From Haplodiscus bocki (Eukaryota), in NCBI GenBank assembly GCA_965655095.1, contig OZ296648.1, positions 164,858,001 through 164,922,000 on the forward strand: a stretch of DNA of 64,000 nt, written 5' to 3'. Both the position numbers and the translations under genes were made by a program. The notes beneath the pieces were generated by a model. The model had not been told where the DNA came from. It was given only the letters and a program-made list of their open reading frames with translations, and searched no databases. Below, in pieces: positions 24,352 to 37,496 of the stretch. Numbering within the stretch: position 1 is the stretch's first letter; each line of letters begins with the position of its first letter.

Positions 24352-24556
24352 TGTTATAACTATCCAGTAGAGGCAACTAGCACAGCACAGAGACCGAGTG
24401 CATTGAGAGCAGTATGACAACGCCAAACTATATAACGACGACAGTAATACGGCCAGTGAATAAATACGAAACGAGAAGCCTCGTTTAGATATCGGACAAT
24501 GATACAGCGGACACTGCAATGGGACACTGCCGTGGGCTAACGATGACGTCATAACA
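24352..24556 (+). mobile_element. Possible solo LTR (205 bp)
   Basis: tgttataac...gtcataaca (8/9 inverted match); internal tatata followed by aataaa. No TSD seen. Confidence 0.4.
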
Positions 24557-26295
24557 AATGAATTGACCGAACAAGCAAACAAACACTACTGGTACACAGC
24601 ACGCAGGGAATTGTCATTCCGAAAGAAAGGACTGTCGGAGTTTGAAAAAAAATCTGCGAAGAATTCGGAAGATGCAAGAGAGGGCATTCTGATACAGAAA
24701 ATGAGATGCAGGAATCTCAAAAATTCGTTTAACTGTCACTTTTTGAATTATCAGGCACGTTTCAGCGCTGCGCAGACGCAGATTTTTGTCAAGATTGCGA
24801 AAATGCCTCTCAACATTGTCTCAATATTTTTACACGGAGCACCGCGCAAAAATCAGGAACCAACTAAAAGGAAGCTATTCTAAATGTCCAATCAGCGTCA
24901 AACACGCGACAAATTAATGATTGGTTGGAAGAGGACATCATGCAAATGTGTCAAACATTTTTCACTTGTTTGTGGTGAAATGTTTCACAGCTTGATTCCT
25001 GCCAGCGCAACACGGATTGATCTCGTGGAATAAAAAATAATTCACGAAGTAGGTACAAACAATATTATTAGCTGATATTTTGCATGCACACTGTGCCATC
25101 ATGACTCTGGGTCCCAATTTTAGCCTCGGGGACTAAACACGGACCTGAATAGAGTAGGTACGCAAATTTATTTGCAGTAGACCCTTTTTTGAAATGTTCA
25201 GTGTCCTTATTTCTCCATTTGAGAGTGATTTGAGCGCCTTATCAGAGCCAATAACCCGAATGTTGCTTTTTAATCAAATGAAAATAGAGTCTGGTTGGTG
25301 CAACACTGACCGTAACGATAATTTTTGCCTAAATTTTTCTCTTAAATATTTTGAGATTTGTTCATGTTTGGAAAGATAATAGTGAATGTTTGCATTTAGT
25401 TAGGCGAATACTTATCAGTGTTGCCTTAATTGTTCAAAAACCCCAAGTTTCGTGCAGTGTTGTTTAAAGTTGGCGTCCATATTAGCGCTGCACTCTCTGA
25501 GGTGTTCATGCTGATTGTAGCAAAACCCGGGAAAGACAAGAAAACTTTCCTAAACTGTTCAGTCTTGTCAGCATTGGAGGGAGGCCGCAAGCGGAATTTC
25601 AACAAAAAAGGCAATGGTCTGATTCGTTGTTTCAGCGAAAAACCGTGTTCAAAAAAATTTCCCATGTGTTCATAATATAATAAAAACCCGTTATGGTTGC
25701 AAGTTAGTTCGAATGAAACTAATATATCGTCCTCCTCAAAGGCTAGTGAAAAGAAAGTGTTCCTCAGGAGTGCCTAGGACCAAATTACTTCCCCCAGTTC
25801 TACCTTCTAACGGCATGATACGCAAAGGTAGCCTATCTGATGAACAAGTCAACTAAATTACCTGAAGAATGGAAAAATCTGGCCAAAAAGATGAAAGACG
25901 AGAATAAGAGATCACAGAGTACGATCTTGACGGCCCTAAGTATTCTGTCAAAGAACGCACTAAACAACGGTTATACTAGTCTTGGCCCGAATTTATGCCG
26001 GGTGATGAAAATTTGGGACTAGTACAACCTACGTCACATGGACCTCATCGGGACTAGGAAATTATCGATCCTGATGAACCATTTGACGACCTACTGACGC
26101 AACCATATGACACTCTGTCCGACTATGAATTCTAAGTTTTGACTCTAGGATGGCAAGCGGGAAAGTGGAAAGAATTACGGACCCTGTTGCTTTATCTGTG
26201 GTCAACACTTTTGTAGAGGTTAATTGCAAAAGAACTGTTTAGAAAAGAATCGCATACTGGTACTTTTATGAAAGCGCCCGACAATTACAAAAGCA

Positions 26296-26395
26296 TTTGT
26301 TTGCCTATTTATTTGTTTGTTTGGTTGTTTGGTTGTTTGTTTGTTTGTTTGTTTGTTTGTTTGTTTGTTTGTTTGTTTGTTTGTTTGTTTGTTTT
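26296..26395. repeat. (TTTG)n microsatellite
   Basis: Direct reading. Confidence 0.97.
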
Positions 26396-26694
26396 TGTGT
26401 CTGTTTTGCACCATTTACTCGGCAAAATATTCAGATTGTTCAGAGTTCATGTATTCTAAGATCGTAACATATTCTCCAAACTGTAAGCCATACAAGTCTC
26501 CCTCACTTTGCGTTTTCAGGAAAAAGTGCTTATCTGGGAAAACCTCTTCCAAAAACGTTTCGGTGATGCTCCTTTTACAAAAATCAAATTTTTTTTCGTG
26601 GAGGTAAAGACCAAAGAGTTTGGCTTTTGGGCTTTTGGTATATTTTTGGTTTAAAATGTAAAATTATATAGCCAATACTAGGGCGCGAAGCTAG

Positions 26695-26742
26695 ACCTGA
26701 GGATTTAGAACCCTTTTGTCCTACCCACTCGGCCACGGATAC
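26695..26742 (-). mobile_element. tRNA-derived SINE-like head (internally shortened)
   Basis: Minus strand gtatccgTGGCCGAGTGGgtaggacaaaagGGTTCTAAATCCtc contains A-box and B-box-like motifs. Confidence 0.5.
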
Positions 26743-27305
26743 TTCATATACGCAAAAAAAATATTGTTATTAGATTTTTTCAAAAAGTAGATCTTTCAGT
26801 GTGCGACTGGATGACTGGATAAAACAAAAGAATAAATGCAGGTCGCCGTAAAAGTCGCGCATTTTTTTTGTAAAAAGCTTCAACTAAAAACAAAGTGAAA
26901 CAGGTTTTTAAAGATAACTGAGTTGTGACAATACCATTGGCTGGATGAACCGTGATTTTTTCATGAGTACTATCCAGTCATGATAATAAATAACACGACG
27001 AAGCAATTGTAATGGGGAATGAAAACTAAGTCGAGGAGTGAATAGTAACAGTTCGGAGAGAGCAAGTGTACTCTGAGAACGTTCATTAAAAAACTATCAG
27101 ATCGTTATTTTATTCTCGCGAAGAAGAACTTCATCAATCAAACAGAATAATGCGTCAAAAATTTGAGCAAATAAAGTAATCGAGTGTCGGGTATTTTTAC
27201 TAATTTACGCACTGTTCGTCAGACTAGTTGGCAACTATCAAAACCATTTGCCTGTATTGATCATTCGTCAAAACTTTCAGCGTTACCAATTTTTTCAGAA
27301 ACTAT

Positions 27306-28219
27306 CCCGGGTTGACAACCTTACTACTTTCAGCGATAATCACAGCAACTCCAAATTGGTTTAACAATTCAATTATATTTTTTTTCAGAATGTTTTACAA
27401 CTTATAATTGATGCACATAGCATCAATTTCAATGGAAATCGCTGGTTCAGAGCTAAAACAGCCACGATAAGTGTTATTTCAGAGTAAAAATTCAGCGATT
27501 CTTAGAGCTCAAACAGCTTTTATCAGAACTAAAAGTCTTAGGTCGTCACTGAAAATTATTGAACAACGCTAAACACTTATGAAAATCCTCTTAACGTTAC
27601 TGCAATTGTTTGCGAACCACTTTATGAAAATTGCTTGCTATCCTTCACGGATTCAGAATGGATTAATTCGGCTAAATTCCCTTATTGTTTCTGGAACATT
27701 TCAAAATACCTTAAATTTGGCAGCAAATTCTGATTTTCAGCCCAAATGGCGAGAAAAAAGGAACAACAAAGATTTAGTTGTTCACTCTTTTCACAGGCTG
27801 AAGGTATAACAAAACTTGAACTTTTTTGGTTTATGGTACTGCTCAAGTAACAAAACTGAAACAGTTCAAACTTTTGAAAACGTTTCCCGTTTAGTGGAAT
27901 GAGCTTTTAACATTATTTCGAGAAATTTGAGTTTTTGCTGTCACTTTGTAGAAAATTGGAGAATTTCCAACAAAAAGAATGTGAATTTAAAGACCACTTC
28001 ATGCGTGTTCATCTCATTTATCGCATCTTGGTGTTCTCATCTACACATGCAGATATCAGAGTTGATCCAAAAATCCAAAAAAATATCAGGGCTGATTGGC
28101 TCTGAGATAGCGCTGAACACTGGTCTTATTTTTCGTGTTCTCTGAACCAGTGCTGAAAAGAGTCAAAACTGTGGAACAGCGCTGTTCAGCGCTGAATATC
28201 TCTGGGACTTCAACCCGGG
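27306..28219. mobile_element. CCCGGG-ended non-autonomous transposon, CAGCGCTG subfamily
   Basis: cccgggttgacaacc...ctctgggacttcaacccggg; TSD AT/AT. Right end identical to that of 5017-6929; left arm matches the right arm of 61383-63960, inverted. Confidence 0.88.
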
Positions 28220-28535
28220 ATGAAATTTCAGAACAAATGTGCAAAAAAAGTATAATTTAAACACCCTGTGTTCAGCACATTAACTTGTAGATTTTAGCAA
28301 CAAACCAATTTACTTTTCAGTGATTTTTCAATGACTTTCCGCCGGCAAATCATAGCCGAGGTCGCAAAAAAATGGGGGATCTATTACTTTGGTGAAATAA
28401 CGCTATTAATTTTCATTGTTATAAAATTCCAAAAAGTCAAAAATTTGACCTAAAAACGCACTTTCTAGTGTTTATTCTATTCCTCGTAAAATCGCAAACA
28501 ACCATTATATTTTTCTAGAATTAATTATAATTTAT

Positions 28536-28978
28536 TTATACTATGAAGGCAAAATCTTCCTCTCATATGGAACGTTTTTTTCTTATCCGACGTTTGCCAA
28601 TTGCGTTTACGCCAACATCGGCAGTTTGTTCACGTTTCTGAACGTGAAATTTTTTTCACTAAATTGTAGCAAATTTGCCGTAGAATGTGATTGAAATCCT
28701 TGGTTTTTACAAAACGTTCAAAATTTGGGTTTCAAAATCGCTAAAGGTGGCAAATTCACTATAGAATGCGTATCAAATGGTAGTCTTTCTTAAAATTTTC
28801 TTTTGCGCCCTGATTATGAGGTTTTTGGCAAAAAGATCAGAAAATTTTGAACGTTGGAAAAAGAAGAGAATATGATGAAGAAGGAGTGATTTTTCGAGAA
28901 AAAAAATATCGTCTTTTTAAAAGCCTTCTTTACAAAAATGGAAGGCGCAAAATATGCCGGTGGTAGCCGGCTGTCTTG
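28536..28978 (+). mobile_element. Non-autonomous Helitron/Helentron-like repeat, copy 1
   Basis: 3' GC hairpin gccgg-tggtag-ccggc (28956-28971), then tgtCTTG|tt. No TIR or TSD. Full-length inverted homolog at 59183-59677. Confidence 0.6.
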
Positions 28979-29978
28979 TTAATATTCTTGTCTAATTTTT
29001 TTCTCTCTTTTTCGAAATTATTCCTGCTGAAAGTCGAGGTGCAATTAACGTCTAGTCACATCATTTAACATCAGGACTGTACTTTATTGGAATCATGATA
29101 AAAATTTCTATCATTCAGTCTTATTTGTAGTCAATTTGCGCATTCACAGTCAACACTCTTTCAATTATCAATTCATTCTGATAACTCCCGATTTCCTAGA
29201 CAAGGTTGCATGCATTTTTTATATGATTTTGTTTGTTACCAAGCACTATTTGAATGATTTTGAACGATTCATATGAAAACTTTGGTATTCCAAGTTTTTT
29301 TTCAATGAATTTTGTAGAATTTGACAGTGTTTCATGAATTAGATGCAAAACATGAATGGCCACAAAATCTTGAGAAAAAATCCAAGTTTTAAGATGGAAC
29401 TAAAGTTATTTTACGTTAAACAGCTCACGTATTTCACCGCGATTTTTCTATTTTAACGCTGCTGTTTTTCCGGTTAGTAACCGCTTCTGTGACTAATTTG
29501 AACGCCGTTCAAGCTTTTATACCTAAAATATTTTAAATCATATTTCGACCCGGGTCCTTAATAAAAAGATAACATAAGTAGGTCTCTTTTTCCTACTTGA
29601 TAATTTTCAACAAAATCGCAATGAACTTGACTTCCGTCGATGAAAAGTCAACTAAGTTCATTAATTTTTCATTTAATTCAAAGACAGTTTTTGTTGATTC
29701 TGAGTCTGCAGAGGGGATTATTATTGTATTTTCCACGTATTCCTATCTTCCTTTCCCTGTCCGTCAAAATTTTATGGACGTGGATGTTCGCTTTTCCCAG
29801 AGGAGCTAATTTTACACGAGATGAGGTTAGATATGGGGACTATGGGGACATTATCAATATGATAAGATGAAAATTAGAATCATGCAAATTTAATAATCAT
29901 CAACTCAAAAAAAATGTGAGGACGAAATGAAGTGGCGCAAAACAACGATATTGAGTATATTGAGGAGGGCTCCCCATG

Positions 29979-30064
<86 letters not shown>
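29979..30064. repeat. (GA)n microsatellite
   Basis: Direct reading. Confidence 0.97.
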
Positions 30065-30068
<4 letters not shown>

Positions 30069-30789
30069 AGCAGAGTATTGCCATTTCAAGTCACTGGTAG
30101 TCTGTACTCATAAGAAAAGAGTTTGTTTGTGGTATTAAAAAACCCAACTTGAATGCAGTTTCAATTGAGACACTGAAATGATGACAGAAAGGCACTCCGA
30201 AAGCTTATGTAAAGCTTTGAAAGCCTCAAGAGCGACAATCTTTTTATTTGAGCTTGAAATTTTAATCACGTGGATCAGCTGGCTTTTGTCGTCGTGGTTA
30301 CTTGAGAAGGCATGGAAATTCTAGCTACCATAGAACTTGTCAGAAAAGATCCATTTGTATGCATGCAAGTTTGACACTTCAAGGGAATTTATAAAAAAAA
30401 ACCGAAAAAAAAACAAATCTGAGCCACATGTGAAGTTCAAAGTATCCTTAGGGGGAAGCATTTGATGTTTGGAAAAGTCATAGCTTTCAGAAAACTATTA
30501 TGCCAAGAGTGAGGTTCTGGAATTAATTTTTCGATGTGCAAAATTTTTAATTTCATACCAATTCAAAGGAAACGGATAATGGTATTCAGGTCGGTAACAA
30601 ATGACATCAACTGCAATATTTTCCATCAGTGAGGCGGAGAGGGTATTGATCGAAAATACATCAGATATTTGACTAAGGGACCCACTATTTTGGATGAACG
30701 GCGGCTTGCAAATAAAATATAAAAAATGCCCATTTTTGCCATTTCCCACCACCAAGCTTCTAATTGAATTTTAACTTTTTACAAGCAAA

Positions 30790-31750
30790 CGTCCTTAGAG
30801 AATTTGATGGAAGAAACCCACAGGGTAATTACTCCGAAAATTGACATTAGATATGGTGGAGCATCATCAGTAATTGCATTTTCTGACATTATCGGTTCAT
30901 CAACAATCCGACTTGAGAAGCACACCGGAGGTATTTTCGTCCAATTACCTTTTACAAACAGAACAATCTTGATTGAACCTTGATGGAGAAAATGAAGCTC
31001 GTAAATTGGGAAAAATTTGTGTTTGGATATCGAAAAATGGCAGCATTTTTAAATTTTTGTCGGCACGTTCGACCTACTAGGATTTCAAAGCAAAAAGCAA
31101 AACTTGCTCCGATTCATCAGGGAAAAGCCTCTACAAGTCAATGAGAATTGATTAGAATCTCGTTGGATGTAATGCCGTTAGTATTTATGGCGAAAAAAAG
31201 GTTCGACAAACACGGGAAAACAATAAAGAACGCAATTTTGACACTTTCGTCTCATTAAAATCCTGAAATGAGGATAAGCTGAGTATTAATTTCCCTACAG
31301 TTTCCTCTAAAAGCCAAAACTGTTCATTGAGAGCTTGACAGAAGAAATTGACCTTTATTTATTTCAAAAAAAAACTTGGATGTGGCGGAAAAATTTTGTT
31401 GATTGCACTTTTGGCATTTTTGGCAATTTTGGCCTATCAGGATTTCAATGAAAGACGGAAAACTGGTAATGACCTAATGGAACAATTTCTGAAAGTTGAA
31501 AATTTTTTGCCGAGTGAGACCTTGATAGATGCCATCCAGCCGTGGTTGCCGGTGGTTATGGAGAAAACCGCGATCGAAGTTTGCGGTCAAATTAAAACTG
31601 ATTGCACATTCTTGCATTTTTGGCTTTTCAGGATTCCGATGGATGACTCAAAAATGGTGGTCATTTAGTTGACTACTCTTTTGAGAAGGACTGTTGATTG
31701 CAATGAGACTCTCGTGAAGATTATGCAACCGGTGCTTACGGTGAAAAAAA
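30790..31750 (+). repeat. Degenerate ~180-bp satellite, family A
   Basis: Anchor at 30798, 30975, 31516 (three periods later) and 31705; shared ggcctatcaggatt motif. Confidence 0.65.
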
Positions 31751-32064
31751 AGACTGACACATAAAATCAAAGTTAAAAAACTTTTTGAAGTATTCAGCTT
31801 TGCAAGATTCTGAACTCAAAGCAAAAACTTTTTGTTAAATATTTCTAGCCTTCTTCAATAAAAAAAATGTCGGACGAGAACTTCACTCAAAGAGATGCTG
31901 CGGTACCTATGGCGGAAAAAAGCTCGGTGTGGCGAGAAATCCTCGTTAACTTCATGTTTTTGCATTGTCGGCCCATCACGATCTATGTACAAGTTCAAAA
32001 AATCGCAGTGGCTTAACACAAAGTCCTACTTCAGAAAAAAATCAGCTGATTGAGAACTTGGTTT

Positions 32065-32264
32065 NNNNNNNNNNNNNNNNNNNNNNNNNNNNNNNNNNNN
32101 NNNNNNNNNNNNNNNNNNNNNNNNNNNNNNNNNNNNNNNNNNNNNNNNNNNNNNNNNNNNNNNNNNNNNNNNNNNNNNNNNNNNNNNNNNNNNNNNNNNN
32201 NNNNNNNNNNNNNNNNNNNNNNNNNNNNNNNNNNNNNNNNNNNNNNNNNNNNNNNNNNNNNNNN
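32065..32264. other. Assembly gap (200 N)
   Basis: Run of N; the round length suggests a placeholder of unknown true size. Confidence 1.
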
Positions 32265-32323
32265 ACTCATCCTGACTCGAATGGAAAGAAAAGTGATAAA
32301 GAGTAAATAGTTGAAGGTCTTTT

Positions 32324-32898
32324 TTACAGGACATTTCAAATGGGCTGATTAGTAATAACTTTATCAAAAACAGAGTTCAATACATTAAGGAAAAAACAGT
32401 TTCTTCAAGTTTATTATTCATATAGATAATTGTTGAAACTTCTCATCCTCCTTCTTCGTTGAAAATTTTCAGACTTGATCATAGGAACTCTTTGGCTTGT
32501 CCTCACTGTAACGCTGCAGAGTCACACAAATCTTTCTGTTTCCTCGGTCCACTACATCAACTATCTTGTGAGCCAGTTTGAGTTGTTCATCCATGTTTTG
32601 GACATTGTGGGTATCAGCACTCGGGACAATTGTTCTTCTCTACCAAAGTTTTCTGCTGCAATGACCAGTTGATTCTTCAATTGCATAAACTGTTTGAAAT
32701 CTGCCTCTCCCATTGTAAGATTTTGCACCAGTCGCAACTCTTTGCTGTCAGCTATCTTATAAACTTTGAATTTCACATCCAAGTAATTGGAATCATTTTT
32801 GGACCTGAAAATAGTCCAAATCTGTCTTGGCATTTGGCAAAGTCCACATAGTTGGTACAAGTTAGCTTATCCGAGGAAGCAGTAGTGTTGTGCGCCAT
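32324..32898 (-). pseudogene. Decayed ~190-aa accessory protein, possibly tandem PC4-like ssDNA-binding fold
   Basis: MAHNTTASSDKLTCTNYVDFAKCQDRFG / SKNDSNYLDVKFKVYK...VQNLTMGEADFKQFMQLKNQL / MDEQLKLAHKIVDVVDRGNRKICVTLQRY... with several frameshifts. The fold is inferred from the beta-beta-beta-helix pattern. Confidence 0.55.
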
Positions 32899-34039
32899 GT
32901 GTTAACGGGATTGAATGCCGGTAGCTAAAATAAGTGACTTGTTTTTGGGAATGAAAGTTAGAGAATGCTTTTATAGGTTCAATTCGATACTTGTATACGC
33001 ACTTTCTGTGATGATGGTCACGTGGCGATTATAAACTATGGAAGTTTTTTTCCCTTTCTGGTTAATGTCACATGATTTTTCTATATAAAAAACCTCTTTC
33101 TTTTTTGGTAGGTTTGTACAAAAAGTAGTGATGATTTGTTTTTCAGATTCATTTGTTCAGAAAACGACTCACCAATTAGATGGCAGCTGTAATGTTACGA
33201 GTGAATCCCAGCTTTTAAACAAATTATTGAAAAAGCAGTCTTTTCATTTCTGCAAACACTTATGGAAAAAACATTGTGAGTAAACAATAATGTCTTGCTC
33301 GCCACGATGACAATATGTGCTTCCTACCCAATTGTAATTATCACATTATACTAATAGGAGACATTAAAGAGTTGCTACAAAGTGTGGATTCATTCCGTTT
33401 CAACTACCAATTTGTGAACTATCTGTATACATTTCCAGTACCGATTCATCGGCTAAATTGTTGTCAAGAGAGGTCAACCCTTTGATGATGTGCAGAAGGC
33501 AGTTCATTTCAACCACCAAAAAAGAAGATTGAGCAGAATGTCAGGCATCGCGAGACTCTTGAGGAAAAAGTACAAAAAACATTTGTAGTGCTCCTTTCAA
33601 AACACTAAATCGACAAAAACTAGTGGATCAATCTTTGCAGACAGAATTGAACAACTTAGAAAAACTAAATTCGAATTAGAACTGATAAAAATTGTGGGTT
33701 GTTTTCCAGAGTGTCATAGTTATAATACTACTAAGCTAGTATGTTTTGAAAAAAAATCTTCTTAAAATAACCATTTTTGGAATTCCAAGGACATTTTTAT
33801 AAACCAGTTGATAGTGTAAATGATAAAGTCATCACACTCATCAAGAACCTAATTCCCATAAAGAACGCAATAACTAAAAATTAGTACCAAATGTCAGACA
33901 AACACACGCCACCCATTCATAGAGAAGCAGTTTAAACCAAGCTTCCTCTTTTTCCAACAAGTTGTTCTTTGATGTCGGTAACACTTTGGTAATAACTCAG
34001 CGACAATCTGAAAAGACGATATCAAAATCAGAATTGAAA

Positions 34040-34360
34040 TGAAATATTTACAACTTGTCAGATTTTACATTAAAAGTTTTACAAGGTGTCAGATTTTAAT
34101 TTTTAAAAAATACAACGCTCCATATATTGAATTAAAATTTTTGCAACGCGTTAGACTTTGAATATAAAAAAATACAACTTGTCAGAATTTGAATTGAAAA
34201 AAAACCCAACGCGTCAGATTTTGAATCAAAATTTAGAAACGCGTCAAATTTAAAATTAATTTTTTTCGTCTTGTCAGACTTCGATTTGAAAATTTTACAA
34301 CGTGTCAATTTTTTTCGAAAATTTTTCGCCTGGTCAGATATTCAATTAAAAAATTTTCAT
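34040..34360. repeat. ~30-bp minisatellite (~11 copies)
   Basis: Unit approximately tacaacgcgtcagattttgaattaaaaatt. Confidence 0.85.
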
Positions 34361-34755
34361 CTTTTAAATTAAATTCAATTTAAATTCAATCTTAATTTCT
34401 AAACTACTCCCACCACATGTACTTTTCACAACTACTTCTTCCATGTAACCATGCAAATTTGCAGCCTACAAAATCTCCGTCAACTAATTAATAGCATTAG
34501 CTACCTTTCAAACAATACTTCGTGTACTCGTTTTCGCAAAGTCTTTGACTCTTCATTTCGCTATAGTTTCCCACTTGTTTTTCTGTATGGGCTTGATATA
34601 TGCAGAAATTTGCTGCTACTAGTAAAAATGATGATGACCATACTAGAACTGATTTGTCTCATATGTTTCACTTGTTTTTGAGAATGTTGATGAAAAAATG
34701 AAACACGTCATTCGGAGTTCAATTTAAAATTCATACACAGTAACAATAGAATAAA

Positions 34756-35847
34756 TTAATGAAACAAACTTCTAAAAACATAATCGGGAACATTTTCAAT
34801 TCTTGTGTCGAATGGGTGACTTCTCATCAACACAGGGGGTTGGGTTTGTCTCTCGGAGACTGGAGTTGTTGGATGAGGAGGAGGAGAAATCTCCTTGTCT
34901 TGCTCTTCGTCAATCAGAATCGGGTTTCCAGCCATTGAACCCATCTCAGAATTGTTAAAAAATGAACGGGAAAAAGTTGTATCTTTGCTTGGTCTAAAAA
35001 CAGTGTCCACATCTAGCTGATCATTTTCCCTGTAGTTCTCAACACCGTCCGGATCAGACACTTGCTAACCGCTTGTGTCCATATCTTGTGCGCCTACACT
35101 TGAAAGCACTTCGTCCTTCATTTCCATACTCCCTTCATGTTTGGGTTTAAAGAGAACTCGCGCTAGAGGATTATTCGAGAAGTCTTGCCTTTGAGACAAC
35201 AACAATCTCCAAGCTGTCAGAGAAATTTCTTGGGAACTTAATGTCTCTTCTTGGATGAAATCTTTTACAGTCAGAGTAACTGAACTTGGTCCAAAATCGG
35301 GAGACCACTCAAAACCTCCATTGGAGACTGAAATATTATGTTGCTTTACTGTATATTGAAAGTGTACAAAAATGAGAATGCAAACGATCATCTCCAATCT
35401 CATTTTTTAAACTATCAGTCTACAGTAAAGCAACATGATTGATTAACTGTATCAACCGATAGGAATTCTACAGGATCATGCCAAAAATGGAATGATTTTT
35501 GCTTTTTTGGCTCAAATGCGGGTGTTCTTCAATGTGATTAGCGGAGAAAATTCTCGAAAAATGGAGTGGACTTCGTTTTTTCATAGTTGCAACTCGTCGT
35601 CATTGCCAACCAATATGTCAATTTGTACCATCACCACCAAAGAACAAAATTTTTGATTTTTCGTCCTTAAAATGAATAATCGGCACTTGGGAACAGGGTT
35701 TGCACTTTTTATAGTCGTAAAAACTAGAACTTTTGTTCGTTGAAAGGTAAACACACTTTTAGATTGGGGACTTTGAACTTCACACATCTCCAATAACATC
35801 TTGAATTGATTTTTTTTTCTCTTCAAATTTATATATTCCTCAGCCAA
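34756..35847 (-). pseudogene. Decayed accessory ORF with acidic/Pro-rich C-terminus
   Basis: ORFs 35403-35065 and 35061-34756 are in the same frame, split by one TAG. The upstream piece 35847-35581 is probably the N-terminus. Confidence 0.55.
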
Positions 35848-36560
35848 ACTTCAAGAAAAACGAATTTGTTTGATCTGTAAAGTCAACATTGCGCACCTTA
35901 CACGTTGACGAGTATTGATAGCTGCATCTTTCAAGAGATTGGAACGTCCTTTTGTGCACGCAAATTATAGCAGAACACATTGTGTCAGGACAGTACACGT
36001 TCCCGATGAGTTTAAAAATGCTATTGTCATACCGAGAATTAGGGGTGAACGCACTACACATCGTTATTGGTCTCAATTATTTCACACTTGTTCGCAATGT
36101 AATATCGGTTCTTGCAGGGGTGGTGAATTTCGTGATGGTTAAGGTTGACTATTTCTGTAAGAGTAAATTGATTGCAGTGTAGTTCAAACTTTTGATGGAC
36201 AATACGCAATATTTGTTGTTTCCAAATCGGAGCGAAAAATGAATGTGTCTATTTCGATATTCAATGATATCGTTATAGTAGTGAGCAGAGTGATTGTCTC
36301 TTGACTTTGTAGATCCAATCTCAATTTCGGGTTTCGGTAATGGAATTTGTAAACACTTGCGCACTTTATCAAAAGTTCTGAGGAAATAGCGCGAACTGTT
36401 GAGCAAAGAACTGAATTTTTCATCTGGAGATATTCACTTTTTCTTGGAGGATATAACGCTGCTGTATTGTTAGGTTGCAGAATTGGAAGAATTTGAATGC
36501 AATACACTTTTTGTTGGAGCCTTTGCTAACGCGTAATTTTCGATGTTGGGACTAAGATAT
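35830..36560 (-). pseudogene. Decayed accessory ORF(s), unknown function
   Basis: LLNSSRYFLRTFDKVRKCLQIPLPKPEIEIGSTKSRDNHSAHYYNDII..., continuing after a frameshift as ELHCNQFTLTEIVNLNHHEIHH. Confidence 0.45.
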
Positions 36561-37496
36561 GTCAAAAGTGTTGCGCTAAAAAAACTATCCACGTCAGTTT
36601 TGTCCAAAAGCTCCTGTTATTTCTTCGTAAAATGTAAATAGTTTGCACGAACTGGGAATTTCTTTTTTGACTGACATCAACTAATTTTAAACAGTATAAT
36701 TTTCAAAAAATGAGTTATCGGTAGTGTAGACCGTTGCGGACTGAGTAAGGATTTCGACTTTCAGCAATGACAGCACTGGCAACGCTTTTGTTTCAACCAA
36801 TCTGATTTAAAGTTGGCTTTTCGCATAATAAAATATCGAATTGTTGTTTAGTGATTAAAAGCCTCGGATCACGAGATGTACTTGCTGGTGAATACTATCG
36901 TGCATGATGTTGTTCCAGTGCTTTTAACTTCTACACTACAAAGAGTTTTCCTTTTTTAAATTTCTTTTACTTTTATGGAAGTCTTTTTGATTGACAGTTA
37001 AGTCCACGATAAACAAGACAAACAGAAAAAATAATTTTCTAGGACAAGCTGAAGAGTGGGACTTGTTCCACTTGAGTATTTTCACCAGACAATCTGCCGC
37101 TTTATCACGGATTTTGTTCCACTTGATTGATTTCCTCAGAGACGCTGTCCGGAAATGTTAATCCACTGGAGTATTTTCTTCCGATAGTCTGTCACCACAC
37201 TAGAGGAACTTGGTCCACTTGAAAAGACTTTCAAAGACAAGCTGTGAAAGACTATTAAACAAAAATTCAAATATCTACAGTCAATTTCCAAGATTAAAGA
37301 AAGTGATTGACAGCTTCTGTCGCATTGCCTTTTATAGTTCGTCACTCTATTTATGATCTTTCCGTATATGGTGATTTTGTACAAAGTACCACTTGCGACA
37401 AATTTTTCACCCTTAATTCTCTTGCATTGCTATAGTCAAGTTGCTGCAATCTCAACGCTTAATTTAGAGTTTTTCTCCTAACCTATCTTTACTCAA

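Noticed and set aside
26220-26607. ORFs with TNKQ/FVCL repeats; likewise ER/LS repeats at 29880-30138 and 60648-60899
   Set aside because: Translations of microsatellites.
31348-31668. 106-aa ORF with a hydrophobic N-terminus; similar peptides at 51972-52407 suggesting a 60-aa repeat protein
   Set aside because: It lies in satellite family A. The frame linking the ETLMEE and AYQD parts differs among monomers, so coding is not conserved.
31965-32367. ORFs spanning the N run
   Set aside because: Artefacts of the assembly gap.
35062-35067. In-frame TAG followed by CAA as programmed readthrough
   Set aside because: The context is TAG-CAA-GTG, not CARYYA, and neighbouring ORFs are full of nonsense changes; a simple mutation is more likely.
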